Assembly (NCBI GenBank): GCA_963675755.2 | Contig: CAXXMD010000003.1 | Location: 2,592,001-2,656,000 of the forward strand | Origin: a bacterium | Lineage (GTDB): Bacteria > Zhuqueibacterota > Zhuqueibacteria > Residuimicrobiales > Krinioviventaceae | Length of the DNA: 64,000 nucleotides | Reading direction: 5' to 3' | Part shown: piece after piece, positions 1-9,557 of the stretch | Layout: the number at the start of each line of letters is the position of its first letter | How positions within the stretch are numbered: position 1 is the stretch's first letter | The notes under the pieces: model-generated | Databases searched by the model: none | Told to the model about the DNA's origin: nothing | Seen by the model: only the letters and a program-made list of their open reading frames with translations | Translations under genes and position numbers: made by a program

Positions 1-1935
1 TTTTACAAGATCACCATGTACAGTAAAAATTCGAATGACAGCTTTTGCGGGAAGCCCTACAAAATAAAGACGGTCTTCAGGGCGGGCACCCAGGCCCGGA
101 TCGATAAGATAATCTTCTTTAAAAGTACCACCATATTCCAGACCACCAGCATGGAAAGGATTGGGTACAACATAGATAGAGTCCATATTGGAATGTGCCG
201 CTTCAAAGGGAACTGCCGCAAATTGATAGTTCCTGTTTGAAAAATGGCTGGATTCTACCGATTTACCAGGAAACAGACTGCTGGTATTTTGTGTTCCATC
301 ATCAAATGCTGTAACGTAATAGTAATAACTTTTACCACGTTCAACATTACGATCGGTATAGGTATTAGTAACAGGATTACCTGTATTTCCACCGCATTCA
401 TAGATGAGATTATAAATGTTATTATAATCACCAACCGCACGATAGAGGCGATAACCCGAAAAATCATATACATCTGTGTCTACATCGTTTTCTGGAAGGT
501 TGTCGCGATGGGATAAATTAGTTTCATCATAATCGCCATAATACCATTCAATGTCAATTTTTCCGGGGCCGGCATCCAATTTTAAATTGGGAGATTCAGG
601 TCCGTCTGGGACAGCTTCATAACCATTCTGCCAGGTCCATTCGGCTCTTGAAACAATCTGATGTAGTGAATCTTTACCGGTAGCGAGAAAAGCGTTTTTA
701 GCCGCGTCTCCAGATAAACCATTAAATTCAAAGTTTCCTTCAATCCATTCTTTTCCATATTGGATGGCGAGTTTTCTTTCTACGGCGCCAACCGCTTCAA
801 AAATCACAATATGAATGTCTTCGCCAAAGGGAATGTTATAGGGCCCAAAAGAGATTAAACATTGGGGTGCCTGAACTTCGGGGTTCCATGGATTTGTATA
901 ATCCAGAACATCTGAACCCTGGCTTTGTTTACCGCTGCTCAAATCGCCATACATGGTTAATTCATCAGAGTTTGCATGTGTATGAACTTTGGATTCAGGA
1001 AAAAAGTTTACGGTGCTTGGTTGAGCAAGATCATCACTGTCATTACTATAATCTGTATCTGCATGTAAAACACCATAAGATACATATTGTGTTGCCAGGA
1101 ATTCTCCACTGGTTTCTGAAGGATCACCCGTATCGTCAAAAGTTTTGCTATTGTTATCACCATCATAAACGTACCAGAAACCACGTAAAGAATCACCGGG
1201 TTGGTTACCATAATAATGACACCAGTCATCACGTTGGCCGCCCATAGCTTCATGGCCTTTATCACCCGACGGTACGAATACTCTCCATAATCCCAGATAT
1301 ACGTCCTCAAGATTTTGACCGTTTAGTTCTATTGTGCTTTCATTGTCGTCTGCATTTCCGGTATTGGTAAAGGTATATTCAGAAATAATATAGCTGTCAT
1401 GTCTGCGGTTTGCAAATGCATAGCTAGTACGTTCAACCTGAATACCAACGTCGGTGTACCATTTGGAGGTAATGATCTCATCCGCTACCAAACTGGCAGA
1501 TCTTGAAGAACTACCACGATTATCTACAATTCGTTCCTCGGCATCACCATTTACAATTACGCGGGGCAATCTTTGTCTTACTCTTTTGCGATTGCTGTTA
1601 GACCTAGTATATAAAACACCGGATGCATCGCCATTTTTATATCCACCTTCGGAAACATATGCTGATTTAAACTCACCCAGTTTATTGGTCCAGTTTTTTA
1701 CGCCAATCCAATGCCCAATGGCTTCCATGTTTTTACCGGTGTGGAGATAAAAATCACCACCCGGGTAATTCATCTGGCTTTGCAGTGGCGCATAAGTGGG
1801 CATGTTTCCGGTTTCGAAACGGGTTACCCACAAACGACCGATTTCATGACTTTTGATTTGTGCCAGTGCGGGTGTTAAAATACCCAGAATCAGTAATAAA
1901 AGGCACAAGGATATATATTTTATTTTTTTATTCAT
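1..1935 (-). CDS. Secreted partner of the TonB-dependent receptor, with a fibronectin-III-like region and an FlgD-Ig/T9SS-CTD-like C-terminus; 3' end runs off the window; absent from the ORF track
   Basis: Manual translation from ATG at 1935 (RBS GGAGG upstream): MNKKIKYISLCLLLILGILTPALAQ signal peptide; no stop found down to base 1; contains DFSGYRLYRA...YTDRNVERGKSYYYYVTAFDDG and IYVVPNPF...LYFVGLPAKAVIRIFTVHGDLVK. Confidence 0.85.
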   Translation of the reverse strand, partial: MNKKIKYISLCLLLLILGILTPALAQIKSHEIGRLWVTRFETGNMPTYAPLQSQMNYPGGDFYLHTGKNMEAIGHWIGVKNWTNKLGEFKSAYVSEGGYKNGDASGVLYTRSNSNRKRVRQRLPRVIVNGDAEERIVDNRGSSSRSASLVADEIITSKWYTDVGIQVERTSYAFANRRHDSYIISEYTFTNTGNADDNESTIELNGQNLEDVYLGLWRVFVPSGDKGHEAMGGQRDDWCHYYGNQPGDSLRGFWYVYDGDNNSKTFDDTGDPSETSGEFLATQYVSYGVLHADTDYSNDSDDLAQPSTVNFFPESKVHTHANSDELTMYGDLSSGKQSQGSDVLDYTNPWNPEVQAPQCLISFGPYNIPFGEDIHIVIFEAVGAVERKLAIQYGKEWIEGNFEFNGLSGDAAKNAFLATGKDSLHQIVSRAEWTWQNGYEAVPDGPESPNLKLDAGPGKIDIEWYYGDYDETNLSHRDNLPENDVDTDVYDFSGYRLYRAVGDYNNIYNLIYECGGNTGNPVTNTYTDRNVERGKSYYYYVTAFDDGTQNTSSLFPGKSVESSHFSNRNYQFAAVPFEAAHSNMDSIYVVPNPFHAGGLEYGGTFKEDYLIDPGLGARPEDRLYFVGLPAKAVIRIFTVHGDLVK

Positions 1936-1954
1936 TATTTCCTCCACGTTCCGT

Positions 1955-4945
1955 TTACCTGTGAATCCGTAAACCAAAGACATAAGATTTATACTCACCC
2001 CAGTATACATTGTCGCTCCAGGTTCTCAGTATTTGGGGATTGGTCAATTCGTCAGTACCCAATTCGTCTAGTCTGCCCGAGTTCCACAAATCATCATAAT
2101 AATCTTCCTGACTGTCTCCACCGGGAATACTACGGAACTTGGAATGATAAATGTTACTTACATCCATATAGAATTCCATATTGGTGTTGAAAAGAGAGAA
2201 CACTCTTGAAAAGCGCATGTTTGCCCAATATTTGTCCAGTTCCTTGAACCAGACATCAGGATGTTCATCATTAAAGCTGTCACGCGGATGTTTTCTTCGT
2301 GTTCCACCTTGATAAAAGATCTGGAAGCTGAGGTTTGAGTTGGAAACCAGCGGGAACTTGCCGATTTTTGGACCCCAGTCTGCCGGTGCAGAGAATGTGA
2401 TTACACCACGTGCATCTGGCTGGATGTAATTGATATTGGAACGAGGAACGCCCCATAAAACACCATTATTACCAATATTGGGATCATCAGTAATAATTGG
2501 GATCTGGCTCAGGTTTGGAATCTCGAGGTTGGCTTCACTTTCTTTAATAAAGTTGTAATTGAACCAACCGGTAACAAAACGACCCATGGGTTTACGTAAT
2601 TCGATTTCAATACCGCGAATTTCTTTATAGTTGTTCTGGTCATACCATTCCAGTACCAGGGTTTGGTCACCATGGGCATAAACCATTCCACTTTCATAAC
2701 CGTCATAATCTTTGTAAAATGCACCAAGGTGTAATTGCAGATCGTATTTGATTCCAAAATCCGCACCCAACTCGTAGGCAATATTGGTTGGAAAGTCAAT
2801 ATCCGCATTACCCATAAATGTAACACGAGGTAGAGACCAGTCAACCATAGTATGGTAAAGCACTTCACTCGCTGCTACCTGAACAAAGTGACCATAGTTG
2901 AAATATATTTTGCTTCGATCAGACAGGGGATGTGAGATACCAACACGCGGACTGAAATAGACTTTGGGTTTGGGTCTGAAAGTGGGGTATTTATTGTTAA
3001 CATAATCATTGAACAGATCTTCATTGGTTGCATAAGAGAGAGCTTGATGTGGATCGGGTCGATCACAGTTTACATCAAAATAATCCATACGTAAACCAAT
3101 GTTGGCAATCATGCCCTGGAATTCCACTTTGTCTTGTACGAATGCTGCCATTTCAAGTGGAAAAACATGGTAATTGTGTGTAAAGAGTTGTGTTGAATCG
3201 CCATCATGCCAGTGAGTACGATCTTCAAGCATATCGTTGTAGTTGAATTCTAAACCAGCTTTTAACTCGTGTGCAGGATGGAACTGGCTGGTTAATTCTG
3301 CTTTTAATGTGGTTGCGTGATGATGGGAATTATCCCATGAATCTCCACCACCAAACATTTTAAATTGTTCACCGGGATCAGGTTCACCATTTGCTCTTGA
3401 AATCCAACCGGATTGCGGATCGTAATACAAGCGTCCGTGAAAATAACGACCATCTTCTGCTTTGGCAGAATCAGGTCTGCCAATGTTCCAGTTAATATTC
3501 AAATGGCTGAGTTTAACTTCGTAAAAAGTGGTTGGTGAAAGTGTGTGTGTAAATGTTGCGCCGGCAACCGTTGTATATCGGTTGAGGATAGGTCTGTGAT
3601 AGGGATAATAAGTATAACCACCGTCAATACCACCGCCATCATATTCTACCCGGTCTTCATGACTCCAGCTACTGTTTGATCTACCTTCTGTAACCGATCT
3701 GACCTCTGAATACATGTTATTCAGGGTCAGTTTCATGTTGGGAGAAAGGGTATTAACTATTTTTAAAGAACCAATCCGTTCATCATAATAGCGGCGTGAT
3801 TGCGGGTATTGGAAAGGTTTGTACTCAAACTTTCCACCCAGTAAAAAGTTTGCTTTCCATGGCAATATGGGAACTCTTCCAGACAAGGTTGCGTCAATAT
3901 TATGCCCGGTTTTATCGCCATAGTCTACAGGGCGATGACGCCATTGCCACAATTCATATGCTTCTTCTGCAGTCAGATCATTGTTGGGATTATCATCAGT
4001 TAACAATTCTTCTGCATAAGCATTCCAACCGATCCAGGTATATTCATCATCGTGAATACCGTCTGGTACCAGAATGGATCCGCCTTCAAAGGCACTCTCA
4101 CCGGCTTTTAACAACCATTCAGTACGATAATTTTTATCATATATATTTCGACCTGCGTGTCCCTGACGGGCTGGAGTCAATTGGTAGTCAACTGAAAAGT
4201 GTAAACGGTCTTCGGGATTTTTAGTAACCACATTGATCACACCTGAACGGGACTGACCATATTCTGCGTTAAAGCCGTTACGCATAAGTTTAATCTCTTC
4301 TACCGCGCCGGGTTGAATAGAGATTACAGGACGGTTAAATTTTTGGTCAAACATGTCCATACCGTCCATTAAAAAACCCACTTCCATAGCGTCACCTTCA
4401 CGGATCTTGATCTCGCCTTCCATAATGTTTCCGCTGACGCCTGACTGCAGGCTGATGATTTCTTCAACACGATTGGCAAACGGAGTGTTTTGATAATCAC
4501 TCTCTGAGATATAGCTTTCCGTACTGGCCACATCCGTTTTGATGATATCTCGTTGGGCTTGTACAACAACTTCGCCGCCTATATCAAGTACTTCCTGGTC
4601 AAGATCAAAATTTATTGTGGTTGTACGATCAACGCTTACATGAACGTTCTGTTTCAGTTGCTTACCGTAACCAATGATAGATGCAGTGACCGAATATGTA
4701 CCCGGAGGTACCTGCAGGATGATAAATTCACCGTCAATGTTGGATGCTGCACCTATTGCTCCATCAAAAGGAATTTCTTTACCTTCCTGCCATACATGAC
4801 TAATAAAGATATTGGCACCTGGCAGCCGTGCACCGTCAGCTACATCTTTGATAGTACCACGAATCTTACCAGTTACACCTCCAAATACTGATAGAGGTAG
4901 AATTATGAATAACAGTACATATTTCTTGATCCACTGATATTTCAT
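1955..4945 (-). CDS. TonB-dependent outer-membrane receptor with N-terminal carboxypeptidase-regulatory-like domain
   Basis: Signal peptide, GKIRGTIKD..LPGANI..GEFIILQVPPGTYSVTAS, plug motif NGFNAEYGQSRSGVINVVTK, SPRVGISHP, barrel-type C-terminus FGLRIH; start moved to ATG 4945 behind GAAGGAG. Confidence 0.9.
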   Translation of the reverse strand: MKYQWIKKYVLLFIILPLSVFGGVTGKIRGTIKDVADGARLPGANIFISHVWQEGKEIPFDGAIGAASNIDGEFIILQVPPGTYSVTASIIGYGKQLKQNVHVSVDRTTTINFDLDQEVLDIGGEVVVQAQRDIIKTDVASTESYISESDYQNTPFANRVEEIISLQSGVSGNIMEGEIKIREGDAMEVGFLMDGMDMFDQKFNRPVISIQPGAVEEIKLMRNGFNAEYGQSRSGVINVVTKNPEDRLHFSVDYQLTPARQGHAGRNIYDKNYRTEWLLKAGESAFEGGSILVPDGIHDDEYTWIGWNAYAEELLTDDNPNNDLTAEEAYELWQWRHRPVDYGDKTGHNIDATLSGRVPILPWKANFLLGGKFEYKPFQYPQSRRYYDERIGSLKIVNTLSPNMKLTLNNMYSEVRSVTEGRSNSSWSHEDRVEYDGGGIDGGYTYYPYHRPILNRYTTVAGATFTHTLSPTTFYEVKLSHLNINWNIGRPDSAKAEDGRYFHGRLYYDPQSGWISRANGEPDPGEQFKMFGGGDSWDNSHHHATTLKAELTSQFHPAHELKAGLEFNYNDMLEDRTHWHDGDSTQLFTHNYHVFPLEMAAFVQDKVEFQGMIANIGLRMDYFDVNCDRPDPHQALSYATNEDLFNDYVNNKYPTFRPKPKVYFSPRVGISHPLSDRSKIYFNYGHFVQVAASEVLYHTMVDWSLPRVTFMGNADIDFPTNIAYELGADFGIKYDLQLHLGAFYKDYDGYESGMVYAHGDQTLVLEWYDQNNYKEIRGIEIELRKPMGRFVTGWFNYNFIKESEANLEIPNLSQIPIITDDPNIGNNGVLWGVPRSNINYIQPDARGVITFSAPADWGPKIGKFPLVSNSNLSFQIFYQGGTRRKHPRDSFNDEHPDVWFKELDKYWANMRFSRVFSLFNTNMEFYMDVSNIYHSKFRSIPGGDSQEDYYDDLWNSGRLDELGTDELTNPQILRTWSDNVYWGEYKSYVFGLRIHR

Positions 4946-5070
4946 AAGGTCTCCTTCCCGAAATATATTGTTTATCAAATTTTTCCAGAGTTAAATTACT
5001 TATTATTCATTAATACGATATTAACGGATTGTTAATTTACAACTGAATCTTATTGTGACCTTTTACTTGG

Positions 5071-5088
5071 TAAGCAAACGTTTGCCTA
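5071..5088. promoter_or_regulatory. LacI/GalR-family operator-like palindrome
   Basis: Perfect GCAAACGTTTGC (5074-5085) inside TAAGCAAACGTTTGCCTA, ~130 bp upstream of the TonB receptor; central CG with A/T flanks is typical of LacI-family sites. Confidence 0.65.
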
Positions 5089-5416
5089 ATTTATGTATAA
5101 ATATGCTATAACTGAGAAAGAACTCTTAATGATTCTTGATACAAATTCTATAGTGTGATATTTTAATAGTTTGGGAACGGTTGATTCTGAATGATGTGAT
5201 GTTTGTTAAAAGAGTGACCATGCTATATATTTTTTTTAACATGTTGATATAATAAATCAGCATTTTTTTGTATAAGCAACTGATCTTGTTTCTTTTTATG
5301 GGTCTGTTAATTGTTGAAATCACTGTTTAATATATATTGAAATTATATAGAATGCAATAATTTTATCTATATTTTTATGATTTTTTTTTGATATTGCGTT
5401 AGGAATGATTTTTAAT

Positions 5417-5450
5417 AAAAAAGGCAACTGATTTACAGTTGCCTTTTTTT
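5417..5450. terminator. Intrinsic terminator, bidirectional shape, ending the catabolic operon
   Basis: AAAAAAGGCAACTG-attta-CAGTTGCCTTTTTT immediately after the MFS stop. Confidence 0.85.
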
Positions 5451-5453
5451 ATA

Positions 5454-6719
5454 TCAGAGATTTGCTGTTCCACGTTTGGATTTAAACCATAAAAGGAAGG
5501 TAAGAGCAGTACCCAATGTGGCTACAATAACCAGCATCATAAATATGGGTACCAGATCGTGATTATAGGTTTCGTAGAGAAAACCAATAATTTCTTCCTG
5601 AAAGATAGGGCCAATTGAGCCAATACCATTAATAATACCTGCGGCAGCAAGTGCGCTTTTTTTGGATGTTACATCAATAGCGCCAACTCCTGACAGAAGC
5701 GAGTCGGGGCCGTAAAGCATGAATCCGGCAAGTCCCATAGAGATTGTAAAATAGAGAACACTGTTTGCGCCAAATGTATACATGATAAAGAATGAAACGG
5801 TCATGAAAAATAACATTAAAAATGCAATCAATGAGCGTTTACCTTTGAATAATTTGTCTGACGCCCATCCCGCAAAGATAACACCTGCAAAACCGGTCAA
5901 ATCAAATATTGTAGACAAGTATCCCGCTTCATCACCCTGTAGTGCAAAGTTTTTATTCAGGAAAAAGGGTGCCCAGCTCCAAAGAGCATATCTCAGGAAT
6001 TTAATACAAAAGTACACCATTCCCATAAGAACGACTGTGAAAATGACGTCTTTTGACCATTTTTCTTCTTTGCCGTCATCAACTGTATCTTCTTCATCTT
6101 CATCTTTCAAGGGTTCAAGGCCAACATCTTCCGGCTTGTTGGGATGAATTAAAAGAACGACTGCCCAAATAACGAGAAGTACAATTGATGCACCAAAAAA
6201 TGACCATCTCCAACCTGCCAGGCCCAAAAGGAATGCGGCAAATGAACTGGCTGCCAGCGAACCGACCTGATAGCAGGTAGACCAAACACCCAATATGGTT
6301 CCACGTTGTTTACGTTTGTACCAAAATGCCAAACTGCCAATGCAGCCCGGCCAGCCTGTTCCCTGGGCAAGACCGTTTAAACTCAGAAACAGCATAATGG
6401 TCCAGTAGCTGTTGGAAATACCAAACATGAAATTGCAGAATAATGAAATTCCCATTCCAACGAGTAGCAGCAACTTGGGGCCTAGTTTTTTCCCGAAAAA
6501 TGCACTTGAGAATTGACCTACCATGTAAAATACCAGGTAAGCGGTACCCAAATGTGCCAGATCAATGGCTGTCATACCCAGATCGCCAGCCATTGCACTT
6601 TTTACTACATAGAAAGCTTTACGACAAAAATAGTACCCGGCATAAGAAAGCCAGGTAGCGGCAAATATTTTAACCTGCCAGGGCCGATAAGCATTTTTAA
6701 TTGATACTTGCTCTTTCAT
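5454..6719 (-). CDS. MFS transporter, organophosphate:Pi antiporter (GlpT/UhpT/SLC37-like) family
   Basis: About 12 hydrophobic segments; N-terminal YAGYYFCRKAF motif and NGLAQGTGWP..GS..WY.RKQRG are OPA-family signatures. Confidence 0.8.
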   Translation of the reverse strand: MKEQVSIKNAYRPWQVKIFAATWLSYAGYYFCRKAFYVVKSAMAGDLGMTAIDLAHLGTAYLVFYMVGQFSSAFFGKKLGPKLLLLVGMGISLFCNFMFGISNSYWTIMLFLSLNGLAQGTGWPGCIGSLAFWYKRKQRGTILGVWSTCYQVGSLAASSFAAFLLGLAGWRWSFFGASIVLLVIWAVVLLIHPNKPEDVGLEPLKDEDEEDTVDDGKEEKWSKDVIFTVVLMGMVYFCIKFLRYALWSWAPFFLNKNFALQGDEAGYLSTIFDLTGFAGVIFAGWASDKLFKGKRSLIAFLMLFFMTVSFFIMYTFGANSVLYFTISMGLAGFMLYGPDSLLSGVGAIDVTSKKSALAAAGIINGIGSIGPIFQEEIIGFLYETYNHDLVPIFMMLVIVATLGTALTFLLWFKSKRGTANL

Positions 6720-6731
6720 AGGCTCTGCCCT

Positions 6732-7580
6732 TTATTTTTTTTGCATTACCTGCTTGGTTAACCAATTTTTAAATTCCAGTTCACGAATATCATCATCTAA
6801 AAGGTCTTCATCGATTGCCAGTTTCCAACGCAGGTCTTTGGTGTCATCAGATTTGACAATCTCGTCATATTGAGCCACCAGTTCTGTCAACGCTTCATGG
6901 CTTTTGAAATAGTTTTCGCGGGTCAGTTTCTCCTCACGAGCTTCAATGAGTCTGGCCATTTCATAAAGATTATACTCGGGATGGTATTGTGTAGCCCAGA
7001 AAGTGCCTTTTTTGTATGTAACACTGACTGCCTGTACATAGGTAAAGCTGTTGCCTGCCAGACGTGTTGCACCCTCTGGTAGTCCGGTAATATGATCATC
7101 ATGACTGATAAATCCGTCAAACGCCATAGGTTTGCCTTCATACATGGGGTGCGTTTTACCTTCGTCTGTAAGGTATACCTTGCGTGCAACGCCCATTTCT
7201 CGACCTTTGGGGTTGGGTTCAACTTTGCCGCCTGCAACATATACTGCTAGCTGTGCAGCCCAGCAGCTGCCAAATTGCGGTATACCGGTTTCGTACGCCA
7301 AGTTTGCAATTTTGATCATGGTTATTACCCGTTCATCATCTGTATGATAAACAGTAAGGTTGCAGCCCGGCCATAAAACGCCATCATAATTATCTAAATT
7401 ATCGGGGATGATTGTTTCTGTGTCGCTGGTATATAAAATATCATATTGGGCATTGGGCATGTATTTCAGCAATAGATTTGCATAGAGCTGCCCTGCCAGT
7501 GTCATTCCTACCTGGTCGAATTGGTCTCTACTTTTTTGGGGATATCCGTCCAGTATTAAAAATCGCATAGTATCTGCCAT
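6732..7580 (-). CDS. Class I glutamine amidotransferase-like protein, possibly a gamma-glutamyl hydrolase
   Basis: Nucleophile elbow FGSCWAAQ and C-terminal TQYHPE give the Cys-His-Glu triad. Confidence 0.8.
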   Translation of the reverse strand: MADTMRFLILDGYPQKSRDQFDQVGMTLAGQLYANLLLKYMPNAQYDILYTSDTETIIPDNLDNYDGVLWPGCNLTVYHTDDERVITMIKIANLAYETGIPQFGSCWAAQLAVYVAGGKVEPNPKGREMGVARKVYLTDEGKTHPMYEGKPMAFDGFISHDDHITGLPEGATRLAGNSFTYVQAVSVTYKKGTFWATQYHPEYNLYEMARLIEAREEKLTRENYFKSHEALTELVAQYDEIVKSDDTKDLRWKLAIDEDLLDDDIRELEFKNWLTKQVMQKK

Positions 7581-7582
7581 TA

Positions 7583-8338
7583 TTATTTCGCCTGTTTTTT
7601 AGAGTTTAATATTTCTGTCAATTTTGAGTAATCATTGAATTTTGCATCTGCCTGGGTGTTATCGCTGCCCCGATCAATTGCGGCGGTACACAGTATAGAA
7701 CCCATTCCTGCTTTTTTCGGTCCCAGAATATCGTTTTGTTCCCGATCACCGATATGAACGATCTCATTCAATTCAACACCCAATCCTTTTGCCGCTGCAT
7801 CAAAGACTGAAGGATGCGGTTTAGAGTGCCCAACTTCATCAGAGAATACAAAAAAAGTAAAATATTGGGCCAAATCTTCGCCTGCCAACAACTCTCGCAA
7901 TGCACGACCGGGACTGAAAATAGCATCTGAAATAACGCCCAATTTAAAATCTTTACTTAGCTGCTTTATTGCATCGTGAACTCCCGGAATAAAATTAGGT
8001 CTAAATTCCAGTTCCATTTCCTCATGTAGTTTTACCAATTCGTCCATTTCATTGGCAGGTAACTCTACACCCAAACCCTTTAAAAGTACGGAAAGACGTT
8101 CATGTACAGGCCAGGTTACATGGGAATCGTGCCAGACTTTTCTAAAAGCAGCATCGGTTGTATTGTAAGCGATGTCAATAATATCCCGCGAAACGGATTT
8201 GTGTTTATTTACAAATTGCTCTACCAGGTTGCGTCGTTCAACAGGTTTTGTGGGGCGATTTGCAGCTTTGCGTTTGGGTTCATCAGAATCATCAATAAAG
8301 ACTGTGTCCCACAAATCAAATGTAATTGCTTTAATCAT
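7583..8338 (-). CDS. HAD-superfamily hydrolase (phosphatase)
   Basis: Motif I FDLWDT, motif II VISD, motif III KPHP, motif IV HIGDREQND. Confidence 0.9.
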   Translation of the reverse strand: MIKAITFDLWDTVFIDDSDEPKRKAANRPTKPVERRNLVEQFVNKHKSVSRDIIDIAYNTTDAAFRKVWHDSHVTWPVHERLSVLLKGLGVELPANEMDELVKLHEEMELEFRPNFIPGVHDAIKQLSKDFKLGVISDAIFSPGRALRELLAGEDLAQYFTFFVFSDEVGHSKPHPSVFDAAAKGLGVELNEIVHIGDREQNDILGPKKAGMGSILCTAAIDRGSDNTQADAKFNDYSKLTEILNSKKQAK

Positions 8339-8351
8339 AACAAACCTTTTT

Positions 8352-9506
8352 CTATTTCAGCATATTGGTTATCAGTTCAACTATATCACCTTTTTCCACT
8401 TTGCGGGGATTTAAAGGACAGCAGGGATCTTTGAGTGCATATTCTTCAATTGCCTGAGCTTTATCCAGTGGTACATTCAGTGGTTTCAGGTCAGTTGGCA
8501 TTTCCAATGAGATCAGCCAATTTTTGATTGCTTCGAGCACGGCATATGCGTCTTTGTCTGTATTTAACATGGTACCCAGAGAAGCGAGTTTTTTATTTAC
8601 TTGCGGATCTGATGCATTGAATTTCATAACCTCAAGTAACACAGCTGCATTAGCAAGTCCGTGGTGCGCATCAAACATCACTCCCAGTGCATGCGCAATA
8701 GAGTGGTTTAATCCCAGTCCTTTTTGAAACGCTGTGGCGCCCATAGCAGAAGCCATCAGCATGTTACCGCGTGCAGCAATGTCATTTCCATCTTTGACTG
8801 CAACGGGCAAGTGATTGATACACATTTCCAAGCCTTCTTTGGCAATACCATCAGCAAAGGGATGATAAACATCCATTATGTATGCTTCAAGGTTGTGCAC
8901 AAATGCATCAACACCCGTAGCGGCAGTAAGCCATGCCGGCATGGATACTGTCAACTCTGGATCCAGTACTGCAATGTCTGGCATGAGGTAAGGGGAAAAG
9001 ATGATTGTTTTGGTATTGTTTTTCAATATGGTGATAACGCTGCTACGGCCCACTTCGCTGCCAGTGCCTGCGGTTGTGGGAACAGCGTAAAATGGAGGCA
9101 TATTGTTTTGGATGTATTTGTCTCCACCTTTCATGTCATCATATTTTTCAAGTGGACCATCATGAGTAGCCATACATTTGATGGTTTTGGCTGCATCGAT
9201 AGGTGAGCCGCCACCCAAGCCTACTATGAATTCAGCACCACAGGATTTATAAACCTCTGCACCTTTGTAAACATTTTCATCAGTGGGATTTGATTTAACA
9301 TCACTGAAAACTTCTATTTCAATGCCGGCAGCTTTGAACAGCTCTACAAGCTTTGCCGGGGTTCCTACTTTTTCAATACCTTTGTCTGTTACCAGTAGTC
9401 CTTTTTTTACGCCAGTAGCCTTTATTGTGTTAACCATATCTTTGACGGCACCCGGGCCGTATTCAATTTTGGTTGGAAAATTATATGTATGTCTTGATGT
9501 TGGCAT
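8352..9506 (-). CDS. Iron-containing alcohol dehydrogenase
   Basis: GGGSPIDAAK, PTTAGTGSE, DAFVHNLE, HSIAH..HHGLANA metal ligands. Confidence 0.92.
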   Translation of the reverse strand: MPTSRHTYNFPTKIEYGPGAVKDMVNTIKATGVKKGLLVTDKGIEKVGTPAKLVELFKAAGIEIEVFSDVKSNPTDENVYKGAEVYKSCGAEFIVGLGGGSPIDAAKTIKCMATHDGPLEKYDDMKGGDKYIQNNMPPFYAVPTTAGTGSEVGRSSVITILKNNTKTIIFSPYLMPDIAVLDPELTVSMPAWLTAATGVDAFVHNLEAYIMDVYHPFADGIAKEGLEMCINHLPVAVKDGNDIAARGNMLMASAMGATAFQKGLGLNHSIAHALGVMFDAHHGLANAAVLLEVMKFNASDPQVNKKLASLGTMLNTDKDAYAVLEAIKNWLISLEMPTDLKPLNVPLDKAQAIEEYALKDPCCPLNPRKVEKGDIVELITNMLK

Positions 9507-9557
9507 TTTTCAACTCCTGTAAAAAAATTATGGTTATATAAAAATAAATAACTAAAA

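Noticed and set aside
16-1750. Short ORFs listed in the track over 16-1750
   Set aside because: Shadows of the long minus-strand CDS 1-1935, which the track missed because its stop lies outside the window
5010-5037. TTAA hexamers at 11-bp spacing upstream of the TonB receptor
   Set aside because: Too degenerate for such AT-rich DNA
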